The translations under genes and the position numbers were made by a program. From the NCBI GenBank assembly GCA_023515725.1, contig JALDTO010000155.1, forward strand, positions 345,147-409,146: 64,000 bases of DNA, read 5' to 3'. Below the pieces are notes generated by a model. It was not told where the DNA came from and did no database searches. It worked only from the letters and a program-made list of their open reading frames with translations. The DNA comes from Amoeboaphelidium protococcarum X5 (taxonomy: Eukaryota > Fungi > Aphelidiomycota). Positions 13,073 to 28,487 of this stretch are shown here, one piece after another (position 1 is the first letter of the stretch; each line of letters starts with the position of its first letter).

Positions 13073-14275
13073 TCAAGTGAAGCGATTATGATTAGATCTA
13101 TTTCTAATGACTGAACTTGATGTCGGTTTATACTCGGCAAATGGGTCTGAATGTTTAAACGTCTACATGGATAGAACGTGAGGTGCCACAAACTCGCCTT
13201 GATTCTATGAAGTCTTTACTTGCTATTGTTGCTTCTATTCCTACTACTCCTTCTAAAGGTGAGACATGATTGATGATTACATGTGAGTCTTGATATTGAT
13301 AGGCATGGACTAACTTAGGATTGAGGTATTTGCCATGACTTGATCAGCGCCTGAATGTTGTTCATTCTACTACAAATCTTCATCCTGTTCATCAATGCTA
13401 TCGTCTTCCTTTCTATAAGTCTAAGCAGCCTTAAGACTACCTCCACCAACACCTTATTATTATTATCGCCCTTCCATATCCAGTTCAAAAACTCCGCCAT
13501 TATCATCATCATCATCATCATTATCGATTTTCGTTTATTCTAATGACCTTCCTTATATTTAACTTTAAGCAGAATCTTATGGAATCTAAGATTAATTGAA
13601 ACTCGGTGCCATACTGTTAGTCTTCCCAGGATCAGTCTACTTTGGTAGAACTGATTATAAATCTGCTTTTATTCTGGTAAACACCTACTATGCAGCCAGT
13701 AATCTAGACTCATACTTGTCATTAGATTATCGCATTTATTCATCACGTTCTAGCTTTAATCGGGTCTAATAATCTTTCATAGCCATCTATACAACTCGCT
13801 ATAAATGTAAAGATAAGGGTTATTAATCGACAGAGGCAGAATCTAAGGATGAGTCCAATTGCTACAAACTATTCAAGATTGACGCCCACTGATCCAAGTC
13901 TTTATCCGGCTACTGCAGAGGAGATGCGTCTTGTGCAACAATATTAATCTATTATCCATCCAATAGTCGAATGAACCGAGACTTTAAAGTAAAATCCACC
14001 GCCTAAGATGATAGAATCACACCACCCTCAGCCTAATCAGTGGTGGTCCCAGTGCCTTATATTACACAAATATCACATTGACATACAAGGCAATGACTTT
14101 TGTGTATTAATTAGATTAAATTAGACTATTATGAATCTTTATCTTATACTGATCGAACCAAGTACATTCCACTGACTGTGACGAGTACATCGTTAACCGT
14201 GTCTTGTCCATCACAACACTCGATCAACATGCTCACATTACCACAGCGACACTAAATCCTTCTAGTATTATCCAT
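13073..14275 (-). CDS. PRAS40/AKT1S1 (Lobe)-like protein, 400 aa
   Basis: N-terminal CRCGNV..CLVC Zn-type motif, coiled coil, acidic DDDDDDNGGVFELD (TOS-like), SQSMPINI, FVAPH; missed by the ORF track. Confidence 0.6.
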
Positions 14276-14928
14276 ACTCTTCTAACTAGGCAGACTCTAA
14301 AGGCTACTGATGATAATAATAGAAGGTGGCAGAAATCTAACAAAATGATGAACAATTCACTCTTTTATAGAAGAAGAAGAACTGCCAAAAATAAAGGTCC
14401 AATCAGAGTGAAGAATAGACGCGTGAATTGTTTGAGCGATAGAACATTGGAGAAAGTTGCCACAAATACTCCACTACAATTCTTACACTCACAAACGGCT
14501 CAACAATAGGACAAGAAGCGTGAATGAGAATGAGCGAGTAAAAATATCAAAAAGCAGGCAGATCAGAGTCAATCAATTGAACACTGACTTGACGCGAGAC
14601 AAGGATCGACAGAGAAGCGAGAAACTTAAGCGTATTATACGAACATCAACATAAGCATTCATTCATTCATTCAATTCCGTAGTTCAGTAGAGTTTGAAAT
14701 TTGTCCATCCCGATACAGTAGGGAGAATGAGATTCGCGCACATAGTTGTTTGATTCGTACAGAATCTTTCTCTCATCTCTGCTCTGTCTCACCTTTCATC
14801 TTCTCTCTCTTCATCTGTTCACTCATCATCGGTCGGGACTGAATTTGAATTTGTTCTATTTTTTCAGTTTTCGTTGATAGATTCGATCTTTATATACATT
14901 ATAAATATACCCAACACGGAAGATTTTA

Positions 14929-17900
14929 ATGACCTTAGACACAGAGTCTGTGAGATCTGTATCTAGAGCCTCATCTATACGTAGCTGGAGAGATTTTTAC
15001 GATGATGAAGATCCATACGATTTTGGTATAGCATACGATGGTGATAGTGATGGCGATGATCATGAGTATGGTGGTCCTGAGTCCTCTGATGGAGATGAGC
15101 ATCATCTGGATGAAGATGGACATAGTCGCAGTAGTTCTCGCCATAATCATCATCAGCAATAATAGCGGAGGAGAAAAGTTAGACGGCGGTCTTCTGTTAT
15201 GCGGACACCTAAAGCACACATGTCCCAGCCGTTCGTTATCGAGAGTAATGGAAGTAGTCCGATGATGGAGGAGCGATTGACAGAGATGATGCAGCAGTAT
15301 GACAGTGAGCCTTTGAATGGAGACTTGGCTGGTGGACTGGGTTATTCTAGATCTATGAGAATGTAATCGTCCACACATTAAACCATCGCTTTGGAAGAAG
15401 ATCTACAGTGTGATATCTATGGATACTCTATTCATCCATTCAAGTATACATGTTATCTATTTGGATGTGTGCTGAGTGTGGGAGTTCTGTTCTTGTTATG
15501 TCGATGGTTTCCGCGTCTATATATATCATTCACTTGTAGACGCACACCTTTTCATAAATGCCAGATGTTGTTTATAAAGTCCACTTGGAAACATGTCGAT
15601 ATAGTGCCCATACAGGTGAACATTTACGAGGATGCCGCCGAGTTGCATCAGATTCTGTCTATGAACGCGACTTCTCTGTCCAGGTCTCCATCTGATTATG
15701 ATGCTCACACCTTGAAGTCTTTCGATTATCACTGCATGAAATTCGTCTATAATCCTATAACTTCGCTCTTTATTGAGAACACTGCCTGGAGAGATAGTAG
15801 AGAGAAGTCTGTGCCTAGTCTTAGTCGTGGTCTAAGTACTCGACAGGAAGTTCAGGAGCGTCAGTTATTGTTTGGAAAGAACTCTATTGATATTCCGATT
15901 AAATCGGATTGGAAATTGCTGGTAGATGAGATTCTTCACCCGTTCTATGTCTTTTAACTGTTCAGTATCATGCTCTGGATCGCTGAGAATTATTATTACT
16001 ATGCCGCGTGTATATTCCTCATCTCTACTGGCTCTTCAGTGTCTGCACTGCTGGAGACTAAGCGGAACTTGCAGCGGTTGAGGGACATGACACATCATTA
16101 GTGCAGCGTCAACGTTTTACGGTCGGGTGTGTGGATTCGTGTATCATCTTAGGATCTAGTGCCTGGGGATGTCTATGATCTTTCGTCTATTGAAGAATAC
16201 CGCGATGAAGTTGAACAGGAGTCTGATGACTAAGTGGATATTGATGATCATGATGATGATAAAGGTAGAGACTTTGGCGTAAATGATATGGTCATTCCGT
16301 GTGACTCCATCATGATCAATGGCGATTGTATTGTGAATGAGAGTATGCTGACTGGTGAGAGTGTCCCCGTGCCAAAGATCCCACTGAGTAATCATACGGT
16401 GCACTAGCTTGATGATTTGAACAATATAGATTCTAAGCATTATCTGTACAATGGAACAAAGATTGTACGCGTCAGGACTGTCGGTAAATAGACTCCAACT
16501 ACCGATTAATCTCCTAATACTGTGCCATCTCATACTGACGGAATAGCGTGTGCAATGGCCGTCAGGACTGGATTTAACACTACTAAAGGCAGTTTAATCC
16601 GGGCTATTCTGTATCCAAAGCCCACCAGCTTTAAATTCTATGAAGATTCATTCAAGTTTATTGGCATTCTGGCTTGTATTGCTCTAGTTGGATTTATTTA
16701 TTCTATTTATCAGTATGTCAAGGGAGGAGCTGTTTGGTGGCTTGTTGTGATAAGAGCGTTCGACTTGTTCACCATCGTTGTGCCTCCTGCTCTACCAGCT
16801 GCAATGTCTGTTGGTATTGCCTTTGCCATTGCCAGATTGAAACATCGCGACATTTATTGTATCAGCCCACCACGTATTAATGTGTGCGGTAAGTTGGATC
16901 TCTTTGTATTTGACAAGACTGGCACGTTGACTGAAGAAGGTTTAGATGTCCTCGGTGTCATTGAATCTTCTAGGGGTGGTATGAGTGACTTGATCACGTC
17001 TGTTGATGATTCACAGTCTGGGAATTATTCCAAGTTTTAGCAGATACCATCAAATGGTGATTAGTAGTAGCAGCAATAGAAATCTGCTATAGATATTAAG
17101 TTTGTAGAAGCTCTAGCTTCTTGTCATTCGATTAAAGTTGCTCATGGTGTCGAAGTGGGTGATCCCCTGGATTTGAAGATGATGGCCTTCACCAATTGGG
17201 TGATTGATGAGCCGGAGAATCACGCTATGGTTTATGTGAGGCCAAAGCATTGTGAGGCTAATTAGAACTACGATCTATTTACCATGGATTCTACCTCACC
17301 TACTCGGTCAGCATCCGACATGGATTCTGTGGAGATGGCCATTATAAAGGAGTTTGAATTTGTCTCCTCCCTGCGAAGAATGTCTGTTATTGTGAAAAAG
17401 TTACATGATAAGTCCGTTAAGGTATACTGTAAAGGTGCTCCTGAGGTTCTGATTTCATTGTGTACACCCGAATCAGTTCCATAAGATTTTATGGAAGTTG
17501 TTGATTATCACGCACAGAATGGTCATCGTATAATTGCATTCGCTGGCAAGTAGATGGTGGGAGTTAATTGGCGAAAATCATAGTCTCTAGATAGGGGTGA
17601 AGTCGAGAGTGACTTACACCTTCTGGGTATTATGGTCTTTGAGAATAAGTTGAAGGAGGAATCGGATCCCACCATTCGTGCTCTCACCGCCTCCCAAATG
17701 AAGTCTGTCATGTGTACGGGAGATAATCTTTTAACAGCTGTGAACGTTGGAAAGGACTGTTCTATCATTAGTCATAATGCTGCTGTGTATGTCCCTAGAT
17801 TTGAAGTTGATTTCACCGGAAGAGACATTGTATAGTGGAGGTAGTTGCTGGATGACAGTATGACTTTGGATCCGCAGACGCTTTGTCCACTGCAAGGCTA

Positions 17901-19179
17901 CACTCGCGACTCTTAAGATTCTCTACGCGAAAATGGTAAATCTTAAATATCAAGTCAATCTTCTGTTGACGCTCAGCAGATTAAAAATATGAATGCCAAT
18001 GGTGAGATGAAGATGTAGAAAAAGAAAAAGTTTAGTGTTGCAAGTGGCATGTCGGGAATGAATGGTGGTCAAGATATTGTCATTGATGTTGATGGAATGC
18101 TTCCAGAGTATACCCTTGCATGCACTGGCGATGTGTTTTAATACTTGATTGGTAACTTGTCTCAAGATATGCTGCGACTATTTCTCTCTAAAACCTCAAT
18201 TTATGCCAGAATGTCACCAGATTAAAAGTGTGAGCTGGTCGAAAGATTCATGTCTTTCGGGTACTGTGTGAGTATGGTCGGCGATGGTGCCAATGATTGC
18301 GCTGCTCTAAGAGCTTCTGATGTTGGAATATCACTGTCTGAAAATGAATCCTCCGTTGCTGCTCCTCTTACATCCACAGTGACTAATATTAGTTGCGTGC
18401 TGGATGTGGTAAGATAAGGTAGAGCTGCTCTGGTGACTAGCTTTACTTGCTTCAAGTTTATCGCTCTTTACAGTATGATCCAATTTACATCTGCATGTCT
18501 GCTGTATACTCTAACAGGAAATCTGGGAGATTTTTAGTACCTCTACATTGACGTGTTTCTAATTCTGCCATTAGCATTGTTCATGGGTAAGACTGAGGCT
18601 GCTGACTCGTTAAGTATTCGGCGTCCCACAGCCAGTCTGGTATCACGCAAAGTTATAGTTTCTCTTCTGGGATAGACAATGTTGCAGTTTGCATTTTAGT
18701 TGTCACTTTTTATGATTGTGAAGTAGTAGAGTTGGTATGAACCTCCAGATAGAATGCCGGAGGAGAAGAACATAAGGAGCTTTGAGAACACTTGTCTCTT
18801 CAAATTCTCAACCTTCCTGTACATGACAGTCGCAGTTGTATTTAATCGCGGCCCACCGTTTAGAAGGGCGATTTATACCAATGCTCCCTTCGTGATCTCT
18901 GTCATTATCTTGCTCTGCATTTCCGTGATGTTTGTCCTCTGGCCGCCTCAGTTTGTCAAGAATGTTCTCGAGTTTGAGGAAATACCTCCAGTGTTTGGTT
19001 TATTCATTCTGGCTCTTGCCGCGGTTGCTTTCACACTCTCCTGGCTGTCAGAGTATGTCGTATTCCCAATAATTGATCGTTCCATAGGTCGTCTAAGTGG
19101 TGCCATTGCCCGAATGAACAGGTTGACGCGAAGAGACATTCATTATCATTAGCTAGATGATAGCCATTAATAGTAGTGA
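14929..19179 (+). CDS. YPK9: P5B-type ATPase (Ypk9/ATP13A2-like, probable polyamine transporter), ~1416 aa, intronless
   Basis: LTGES, PPALP, DKTGTLT, KGAPE, TGDN, GDGANDC in one frame; HPFYVF(TAA=Q) and RMSPD(TAA=Q)K. Confidence 0.95.
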
Positions 19180-19423
19180 ATTTGCACCTTATGATATTAA
19201 TTACATATACTCTGTGTTATAATTTCAACTTAAATTTTTACATCTATCTTATGGCTAATTTTGTATCATTTGATTTAGTTTGCTGTAGTACATTATCATT
19301 TCACCGTTACTACCCTGAACGCGCCTTTGACCACACGCGTGTTTTCAGTCATTGTCTCATCCGAACTATTTTCATTCACTATATTTAAACCACCTATTCA
19401 TTCATTAATTCATTCATACTAAT

Positions 19424-20986
19424 ATGACAAATACAGCGAGAGTTCCTGCAGATAATCAAGACGTGAATGAGGAAGAGTTTGGGACTCCAGAAGGCACTGT
19501 GGATATTTCATTAACTTCATTCGACCAAGAGATTCTCCTGGAACTGCAGGACACTCTGGACACTGTGTCTGTTGGTCAGTCATTATCGCAGCGGTTGCAA
19601 GAGTTCTAATCTGAAATGGACATTACTCAACTCAGGGAGAGACTTGACTCGTATGTGAATCGTATGTAAAAGTGCCAACTATTGCTGGATAATACAATGC
19701 ATTAGATCAATGTGAGGAATGAGACTTATCTCAAGGATATTGCTACACAAGAGAAGCTGAAGAGGAAATTACTTATCACTATTAAAGATTAAAGTTAAAA
19801 GGTGATTTAATTGGAATCTAAGTTAAGTCTGTCGAACAGTATAATTTAATAGCTAGAGAGTGAGGTTTCTGCACTGAAAGCTAAATACCGCCATAGTGTT
19901 GAAACTCAGAGTACCGAAGTGAGTCTATTAAAGCAACACAATGCTAAAATGATTGAAAAGATGAAATATGCTCAGATTATCAAGTAGAAGTGGTTATAAG
20001 CAGAGTTGGATAAGGAAGCTCTGTAGAAGGAGTTAAAGTCGTTGAAGCGTGAAGTATAGTCTACGCGTTCTTACTAGGAGAATTTGGAGGATAGTTCACG
20101 GTTTAATTAGAGCAACTCCAATCTAACTATTCTGAATGATTAGCATCTTATTGACACTTTAGAATCTGCATTGGATTGTTTAAATATTCAAAGAGGACAT
20201 GGTAAGGATGAAGAGTCTGCTGGAATGCAGATTGTCGCTCTGTATGAACACGCAGTGCTTCTGTAAGAGTAGAATGAACTTTTAAAAGAGGATTTGTAAC
20301 AATAGAAAGAATAATACACCCAACTCATTTAAAGTAGTTAGGAGCGTATCTAATCACAAGAAGGTGCCGGTAAGTTGGTCAAATCACTTGATTAAAAGTT
20401 GGTTCTGATCAAGTTGAAATATGAAGAAATGATCCAGCAATTACTGTCTAAACTCAAGGATCAGTAGACTTCGATTAATGATAAAAATGTCATCATTCAA
20501 CAACTGTCTCAGAAGTTTAAGATTCCTGAAATTTTGATAAAGTAGTCTAGTGGAAATTTGATTGAGTCAAGTGATAACAGTCACGGGTAGGCCTAGTAGT
20601 AGTAGTAGTAATAATTATAGCATGGTGGTAGTGGTTCTAAAGCTGATCTGAATTATGAGGTTCAATCACCATCTAACTTGAAAGAGCGTAAAAAATCGTC
20701 GTTACTACAAGTCACTGATAAGTCCATGCTGTGCTTGGATACTATTGATACCAAGAATGGAGTTTTGAAAAGCCCGTCCATGACTCTTCTGTCCCCCAAA
20801 TCTTCTAAAAGTCAACTGCTTGCCATCAGAAAGTCAAGTTCAGATTTAGCGCCGCGTAAATTAAGCTTTGAACACGCCAAGTCCACCTCTGACTTGGTTG
20901 ATTCTAGTGGGCACGGGCCAGAAAATTATTCTCGTCCTGTCAGTCCGCCACTCTATAAATCTCAGTCTTCCATACTTTTGGATTGA
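19424..20986 (+). CDS. ~520 aa coiled-coil protein with Ser-rich tail, function unknown
   Basis: ORFs 19424.. and 20678..20986 are in the same frame; E/K/Q/L heptads. Confidence 0.7.
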
Positions 20987-21125
20987 TTGAATGACTTTTC
21001 AATTTGATGTAAATTTGATCAAGTTGATAATAATTTGTCGTTTCACTTTGAACGTTTCTCCCTCTCATTTGAACGCGTATTGCTCCTTCAAAGGCAACAC
21101 TCGATAAAATAGTACAGCAGAGGAT

Positions 21126-21744
21126 ATGAAAGGCAATTAAGACTGGGCAATTCCGAATATAAAAAGTCGAAAGTCACAGCAGAGCAGGCTTTTGTAAATT
21201 AAAGAGGAAATTGAGATTGCCTCCGACTTTGACTCTTCTTAATCTACTGGTGACTTTGAAAACACGTAGCCAACTGTCAACATCTAATCTAAATAGCTAG
21301 TGCAAGAACCTCTTTATAAACGTTTAAAAAGGTACTATAATTTAAATTTTCTAGAGATAAAATCTAATCATATGAAAATTGTGTAGCAATAATCAGGAAG
21401 TGAGTAAGACTGGAATATTCACACAGTAATGGAACGAGTTTGTTGATGACATGCACAGGGCCACAGTTTCATTTGAAACAATGACAAGTCAGCCGGTAAT
21501 GAATCTGTTGATCGTGGAAGTCACGGCTTAAACTGACAGATATCTTGAAGGAACGTGTCGGCCAACTGATGGCTCTGATGATGGAGATGATGAAACACAA
21601 AAAATTGGCCGATTATTGATGGAGTGTAAGCGGAGCGAATAGACGAAACAGTTGATCAGTCGACTACCTTGTGTTATATCCTGTTACTAGCCATGCTCTC
21701 GTGTCGGAGATTTAGTCATTATCTCCAACTATTTAATCAAATGA
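21126..21744 (+). CDS. Hypothetical ~187 aa protein, intron 21332-21386
   Basis: ATG 21126, GT..GTGTAG intron, open under UAR=Gln to TGA 21742. Confidence 0.55.
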
Positions 21745-21961
21745 TTTAAAGAGTTTTAATTAATCTTAACTTTACTCTACATTTAAGCTCAGATTGATTT
21801 GGACTTTACACGCTGTAAGGGGAGAATGCGTGCTTGAATCCTCGTTACTCTCCTGATCAGATTTTAAGCAACTCTTCTTTTACTCGTTTTTCATCTATAC
21901 GTTGATATACTAAAAAGCACATACCTAAGATATTTAAACTATTGAAATAATCAAGTCTTAG

Positions 21962-22969
<1,008 letters not shown>

Positions 22970-23012
22970 TTGATTATATACATTTATTAAATAGATTGAT
23001 TGAGATATGTCA

Positions 23013-23675
23013 TCATTTTCTTTACTTATTGTTTCCCTTGTTGAATAGACTCTTGAAGTTGAAGCTCTACTTTTTACCGCCATCCTTGTTCGATTGTTGA
23101 GGAGATTTCCCGCTTGTGGAAACGGCCTTTACATTCGCAGTGGATACTTCTCTGCAATGTCTTTTAGTTGCACCAGGCAATTTCATAATCATTCCACAGT
23201 TATGACACTTGATAGACTACACACGCGTCATATTATTTACATTATCTAGATTAAATATGATTGAGGAATAAATTACGATATAGTTTTTATACGTGCGCTG
23301 AAACTTCGCTTTCTTGATCGAACGATTCATCCATTATTGCTATGCTGCTACTGGTTCGCATGTATCATTTACATTACTAGAAGACTTTGATCGTTATCGC
23401 CTAATAGTTACTAGTCTTTAAGTGCAATTTTAGCCAGGTATTAATAAGATATCACATTGTGAGCACATTTATCTCTCAATCTTTGGTGATATCACCGCGT
23501 TAGATTCCACGACTTGATCTTGAAAACACCGACTACAAACTCTCATTATTATCACTATGTATATATGATATATTGACATTTAATCGTACTTGAAATATGT
23601 AGATAGAGCGGATAAAGAATTCTAGTCACAATTTTGGCTCAGTGACGCGTAAAATTAAGTTCTCTGATCATCCAT
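23013..23675 (-). CDS. RPR2: RNase P/MRP subunit Rpr2/Rpp21/Snm1 family, 2 introns
   Basis: CSQCDILLIPG and IKCHNCG zinc-ribbon halves; GT..GTAG introns restore the frame; TGA TGA end. Confidence 0.75.
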
Positions 23676-23830
23676 TTCCTTTGTAAATTCGAATTGCATG
23701 AAGCCTGATACGTTAAAATGAAAAAAATTGAAAAGTCTACGCAGATGATGTTGTCATGCTGTATATAAAATTAAATAATTATGTTGAATCCCTATAACTA
23801 AAAAGTCGCCTTATATTATGATGTGCGTTT

Positions 23831-26134
23831 TCATGCTTCAGTCTCAATATTATCTTGAGGATGATCTTCAACTTCCATCACCTACTCCTTCTCTGGTGGA
23901 ATCTACGAACCTTCTGCGGATGCTTGTTCTGCAGTGTCAGTAGACTTTTTATCTTCTTCAGTAGCCTCAACTTTAACTGGCGGCGGAGGAGGTGGAGCCA
24001 AGTATGACTTAAATTCTTCCAATTTCTTGAGATATGCAGACTTGGTGGCCTCTTCTCCTTCTCCATACAGCCACTCTTCACAGTCATTCAACTCTTTCAA
24101 TATCTTCGGGGCATCCTGAGGATTCTTGAGTAGCTAGTCAGGCGCATCTCCCTCCAACTTGCCACGCAGCTCATATACAAACTCTTCCAAAGAGTTACGC
24201 GCGTCTTCAGTCTCCTTAACCAACTTGTCGGAAGAGTTCATCTGGGCTTCATCCTCACGGTATTGCTCTCTCACTTTTCTGTCCAGAGCATGAACTTTAG
24301 ATGACACTGGCAACTCCTTCTTCACAGTCTTGGTCTTGGTGACCTATTTCATTGGAACCTCTTTCTTGACATCTTACTTTGCCTTCTACTCCCCTTGCGC
24401 TGCATCACCACCAGTCTTGTTCTCGATATCCATTTCATCACTGCTACCACCATTCTTTGCAGCCTATTCTGCTGGCTCTTCAACTTCCATAGTAGCGGCA
24501 GCCTACTTCTTCTCTGCCTCTTTCTAAGCCTTCAAAGCCTCTTCATCAGGCACCATTTCGGTATAAGTAACCTCATCCTAAACATACGCACTGCTAACTT
24601 CCAACACACCGCCAGGATTTAAGCGAATCTTCACCTTGACTGTCAGAGCTTCCTTTTTGGCAGGATCTTCAATCTATGCTTTAGAAGCTTACTCCTGTAC
24701 ACCTTTAACAGAGTACTTGCCTAGGACCAATTCAGATCCGGCAGGCAAAACACTTTCATCGCTATACTCGGCAACCAGGTCAAAGTCTTGATTGCGGTTA
24801 AACGTCAACAGCTTAGTGTTTGGAATTGTGGAATAGCTGGCAAAAGCAACCATCTCCTTCTACTCATTGACACCATTCTCATTCAGCATCTCATACTTCA
24901 ACTTGATAGGGAATGGGTAGACATCATCAATCTTGAACTCACGCGTACGGAACACCGGACTCAGAATGGCACACATAAAAGTACATCCCTTGGCAACACA
25001 CTCATCCTAGTTCAGAGTGGTACTCAACTCTTTACCAAAGAACTAGCTGACTGCCGTCTTAACAGCTGGAATTCTTGTTGAACCGCCGACAATTTCCACC
25101 ACATCGATATCCTCCTTAGACACACCGGCGATATCCAAAGCGCGTTACATCGGCACTAACACTCTTTCAATCAATGGCTGGATCAGGCCTTCAAACTGAG
25201 GGCGTTCAATCATACTACTAACATCCTTGTCGTTCATCAGACACTCAACACTAAGTGGGGCCTGAAGGTTGGCACTAAGAATCTTCTTGGTCTTTTCACA
25301 CGTCGATCTCAATCTGAACAGAGCCTTTGGGTTGGAGCGAACGTCCATCTTGTACTTGGTTTGAATGTCCTTAACAAAGTAGTCAACCAGCACTTCATCG
25401 AAATTACGTCCACCTAGGTGACGGTCGTATGCGACACCTTTAACCATCATCTTTCCCTTCTAATATCCGACTATAGAGACAGAGGTATCAGACTAACCAA
25501 TATCCACGAAAGCAACATACTTGATAGCTGGACCGGACTTACCATCAGCAGCTTCAGGATCAGGCAGATCAGTCTTGGTAATACCCCACTGCAGAGCAGA
25601 TGCGGTAACATCTGGAATCAATCTCAATGCCTTCACGCCGGCAATATCTGCAGCATCAATTAAAGCGCGTCTTTGTGCATCAGTGAAATAAAGAGGAACA
25701 CTAATTACACAATCAGTGACTACAGATTTCAGCTCCTGCTCAGTGATCTACTTCAACTTGTTAATGTACATAGCCATTAACTGGGTGTAAGAGAAGACGC
25801 GCTCTTCATTCTAGAACTGCACCTTGGCACCAATCTCATTACCGCCATTGATCGGCACAAGTTCGCAATTCAAATACTTGGCCTCGATGTCCGTCACATC
25901 CTTCTCTGAGAACTTGCGACCAATTAATCTCTTCAGCGAGCCAACAGTGTTCTTAAAATTACCCAATTCCATACTCTTTGCAGATTCACCAATGTGTCTC
26001 TGCTTTGGGCCGAAGCTGACCAGGGACGGCGTGGCTCTATTACTGACTTCATTACAAATAACATCAACACCGCGATTACGGGCCACAGCGATGATGCTGT
26101 TCATGTTTCCAATGTCAAATCCCACCACAGACAT
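23831..26134 (-). CDS. SSE1: Hsp110 (Sse1/Hsp88) chaperone and nucleotide exchange factor, 767 aa
   Basis: NEVSNRATPSLVSFG, LGGRNFD, LN(TAG=Q)DECVAKG, EEWLYGEGEE. Confidence 0.95.
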
Positions 26135-26477
26135 TTTGCAACTTTAATATCTAAAAATTTTATCTTGTTATAGAGAAAAGAAATATGACTTTGATGCAGA
26201 GACAAAGGTTAAATTCGCTAGGGTCCTCTCTTTATTCTTTGCACGATTCAAGTTTTTTCACGAGATTGTTCCTTTGTGATCGATCAAGTTCTTACTGCTT
26301 TCTCACTTCAGCTTTGTGTCGCGCGCTTTTCCTCAGTGGCAAAATTGTCTAGGGAAAGTTTTACGCGTTCTGCGACAAGATCTGTTTCATGTTCATTCAG
26401 GTAAATTTAGAATGGAACGGCAATCGATGGTAGTATTACGTTGGCAATATTCAATCAATTTTCACATGGTCAATCAG

Positions 26478-28292
26478 TCAATCATCAAGAATGTCATCGA
26501 CGGCAATGTACCAATCATTATTCTACTCAATAATCGGTTATACAGTTGAGAGTGGCATATTGTAGTCTTGATTTTCTTGTTAATCGTCCACAGTAGACGC
26601 GTGCATGTCAATGTAACCACCACCACTGGCATTGTTGTACTTGACACCGTAGTTCGAATAGTCTAGTTTATTATGAGATCGCTGGATTCGATGAGTATAA
26701 AATTCAGTCTCAAGTACACTGCCAGCCGACCATCCATAAATCGCGCATAGATTTCTCCCATTTTATCTTAAAGCTTAGAGGGACTTACCTCTATCAACTT
26801 CGCAGCTTTTGATGAGAGACTTTTTCATAGATTGGAATCCTTTCATCTGTTGCCTATCCACACTGAGAGAGTATACAATCTGGCGAATTAAACAATGATA
26901 CAGCGTATCCAGAACTTAACTTGCATAAAGCGGATGATATTAGTGTTCCAGACGAGAAATTACTTGTAGACACTCAGAGAGGGAATCTAATGTAGAGAAC
27001 GCTGGCAAGTTGGTATAGAGCAGAGAGGTCAGCATTGGGAAATTGAGTGAGAGATTATCAATTAAACCATTTAAATCAAAGTCTAGCGGTGGCAACTTAT
27101 TGTCTTACCGTTAACTATGAGAGCTGACACGTTTACAGTACAGAATTTTACCCAGCGTGTGCCAAACATTAAATAGTGATTGATTATAAGCATTAAAGCA
27201 TACACTTTGATGACCAGGTGCAGAATTCACATTATAACTAGATTAATAAAAGAATTGCATGTTATTGATAGCGTGTCTTACGTCGCCATTGCTAGAATCA
27301 ATCAGCTGCTCCAATACCTGTTGAGGCATTTAAGAAGAGGATACTCCACCAAGTTCCTTCTACCAAATCTACTTCAAACACTTTGACATGGCGCTTTTAG
27401 TAACCGGATTTACGTGCAAAACTTGCACCTTCTTATAGTTTTAGAATACTACTCTTGTGAGGAAATAATGGTGATCTAATAGTTCGGAAGCGGACTCAGA
27501 AGTACCACTGAAATGCATATCAGTGACAAAGAAGATAATCTTGGCATGATGACTGCGACGTAAAGACATCTAATACCAGTTCTAAAGTATTCTGGTGAAA
27601 TTTAGTTTCATCTACAGATTAGACAGGACTGGAATATCTTTGATTAACGCGACAGTTCTCTATTTCACATTGCTCTACGAGATGACACTTTAGCGCTAAC
27701 GAGAGGGCGAACTGATTGGCGACGCGATTGAAACAGAGCCAGAGCCAATCTACGACTGAAGGATGTCATTGGATGCATACTTTAGTTAATGTATGAACTA
27801 CTCAAACTACTTTAATGCAGTCACATACTCTCCATCTGAATAGCAATTATCATTTATAGGATTGATCCATTCCAGAGTCCGCAAGCCCATATCTTGGGCG
27901 ATCATTCTCGTAGCTGTGTACTTGCCACTCCCACTCTATCCATGAATGATCAAACACAGCTGATCACCACGCAGAAAATCCCTAATTTCATTCTACTTGG
28001 CCTTTGCTAAAATATTCAAGTCAGTCTACACATTCATTAAAAATAAAATGACTTTATTAAATTTTACAATGGACTAACCATAGATTTAGGAGCGTATCTC
28101 TCCGTCCACAAGTCTTTAGAGAGTCCAATGTCCACCAAGCCTTGTTACGAAATCTCTTGACTAACATTGGCAGCTTAAAAGTATCGTTCTGGGGAAGCAG
28201 TATACTCCAAAGAAGTCTACCAAATTTCAAATTATATAGGTCATTAGGACGGCATTTAAGAGTTCTACCTTTAGCCTTTTACGACCTTTCAT
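26478..28292 (-). CDS. RAD17: Checkpoint clamp loader Rad17/Rad24; introns 28217-28268 and 28026-28078
   Basis: LWTERYAPKS, P-loop GQSGSGKYT, LEWINP, GDVRHAINNMQF, WHTLGKILYCKR; absent from the ORF track. Confidence 0.85.
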
Positions 28293-28487
28293 TTCTAATT
28301 ACGTCAATAATTTAGTTGTTACAAAATACAGAGAGGGGTGTTTTTACACTGCTCTAAAGCGCGTTGGTTGAAACAGGAGATATATAATAAAAGCCTCGTT
28401 TCGCTAATAAAAACAAGGTAAACTCTACTAATCTGGTTATTATTATTCTTCATTGGTCAATATTTTCGCTGGCATATGGATGGCACA

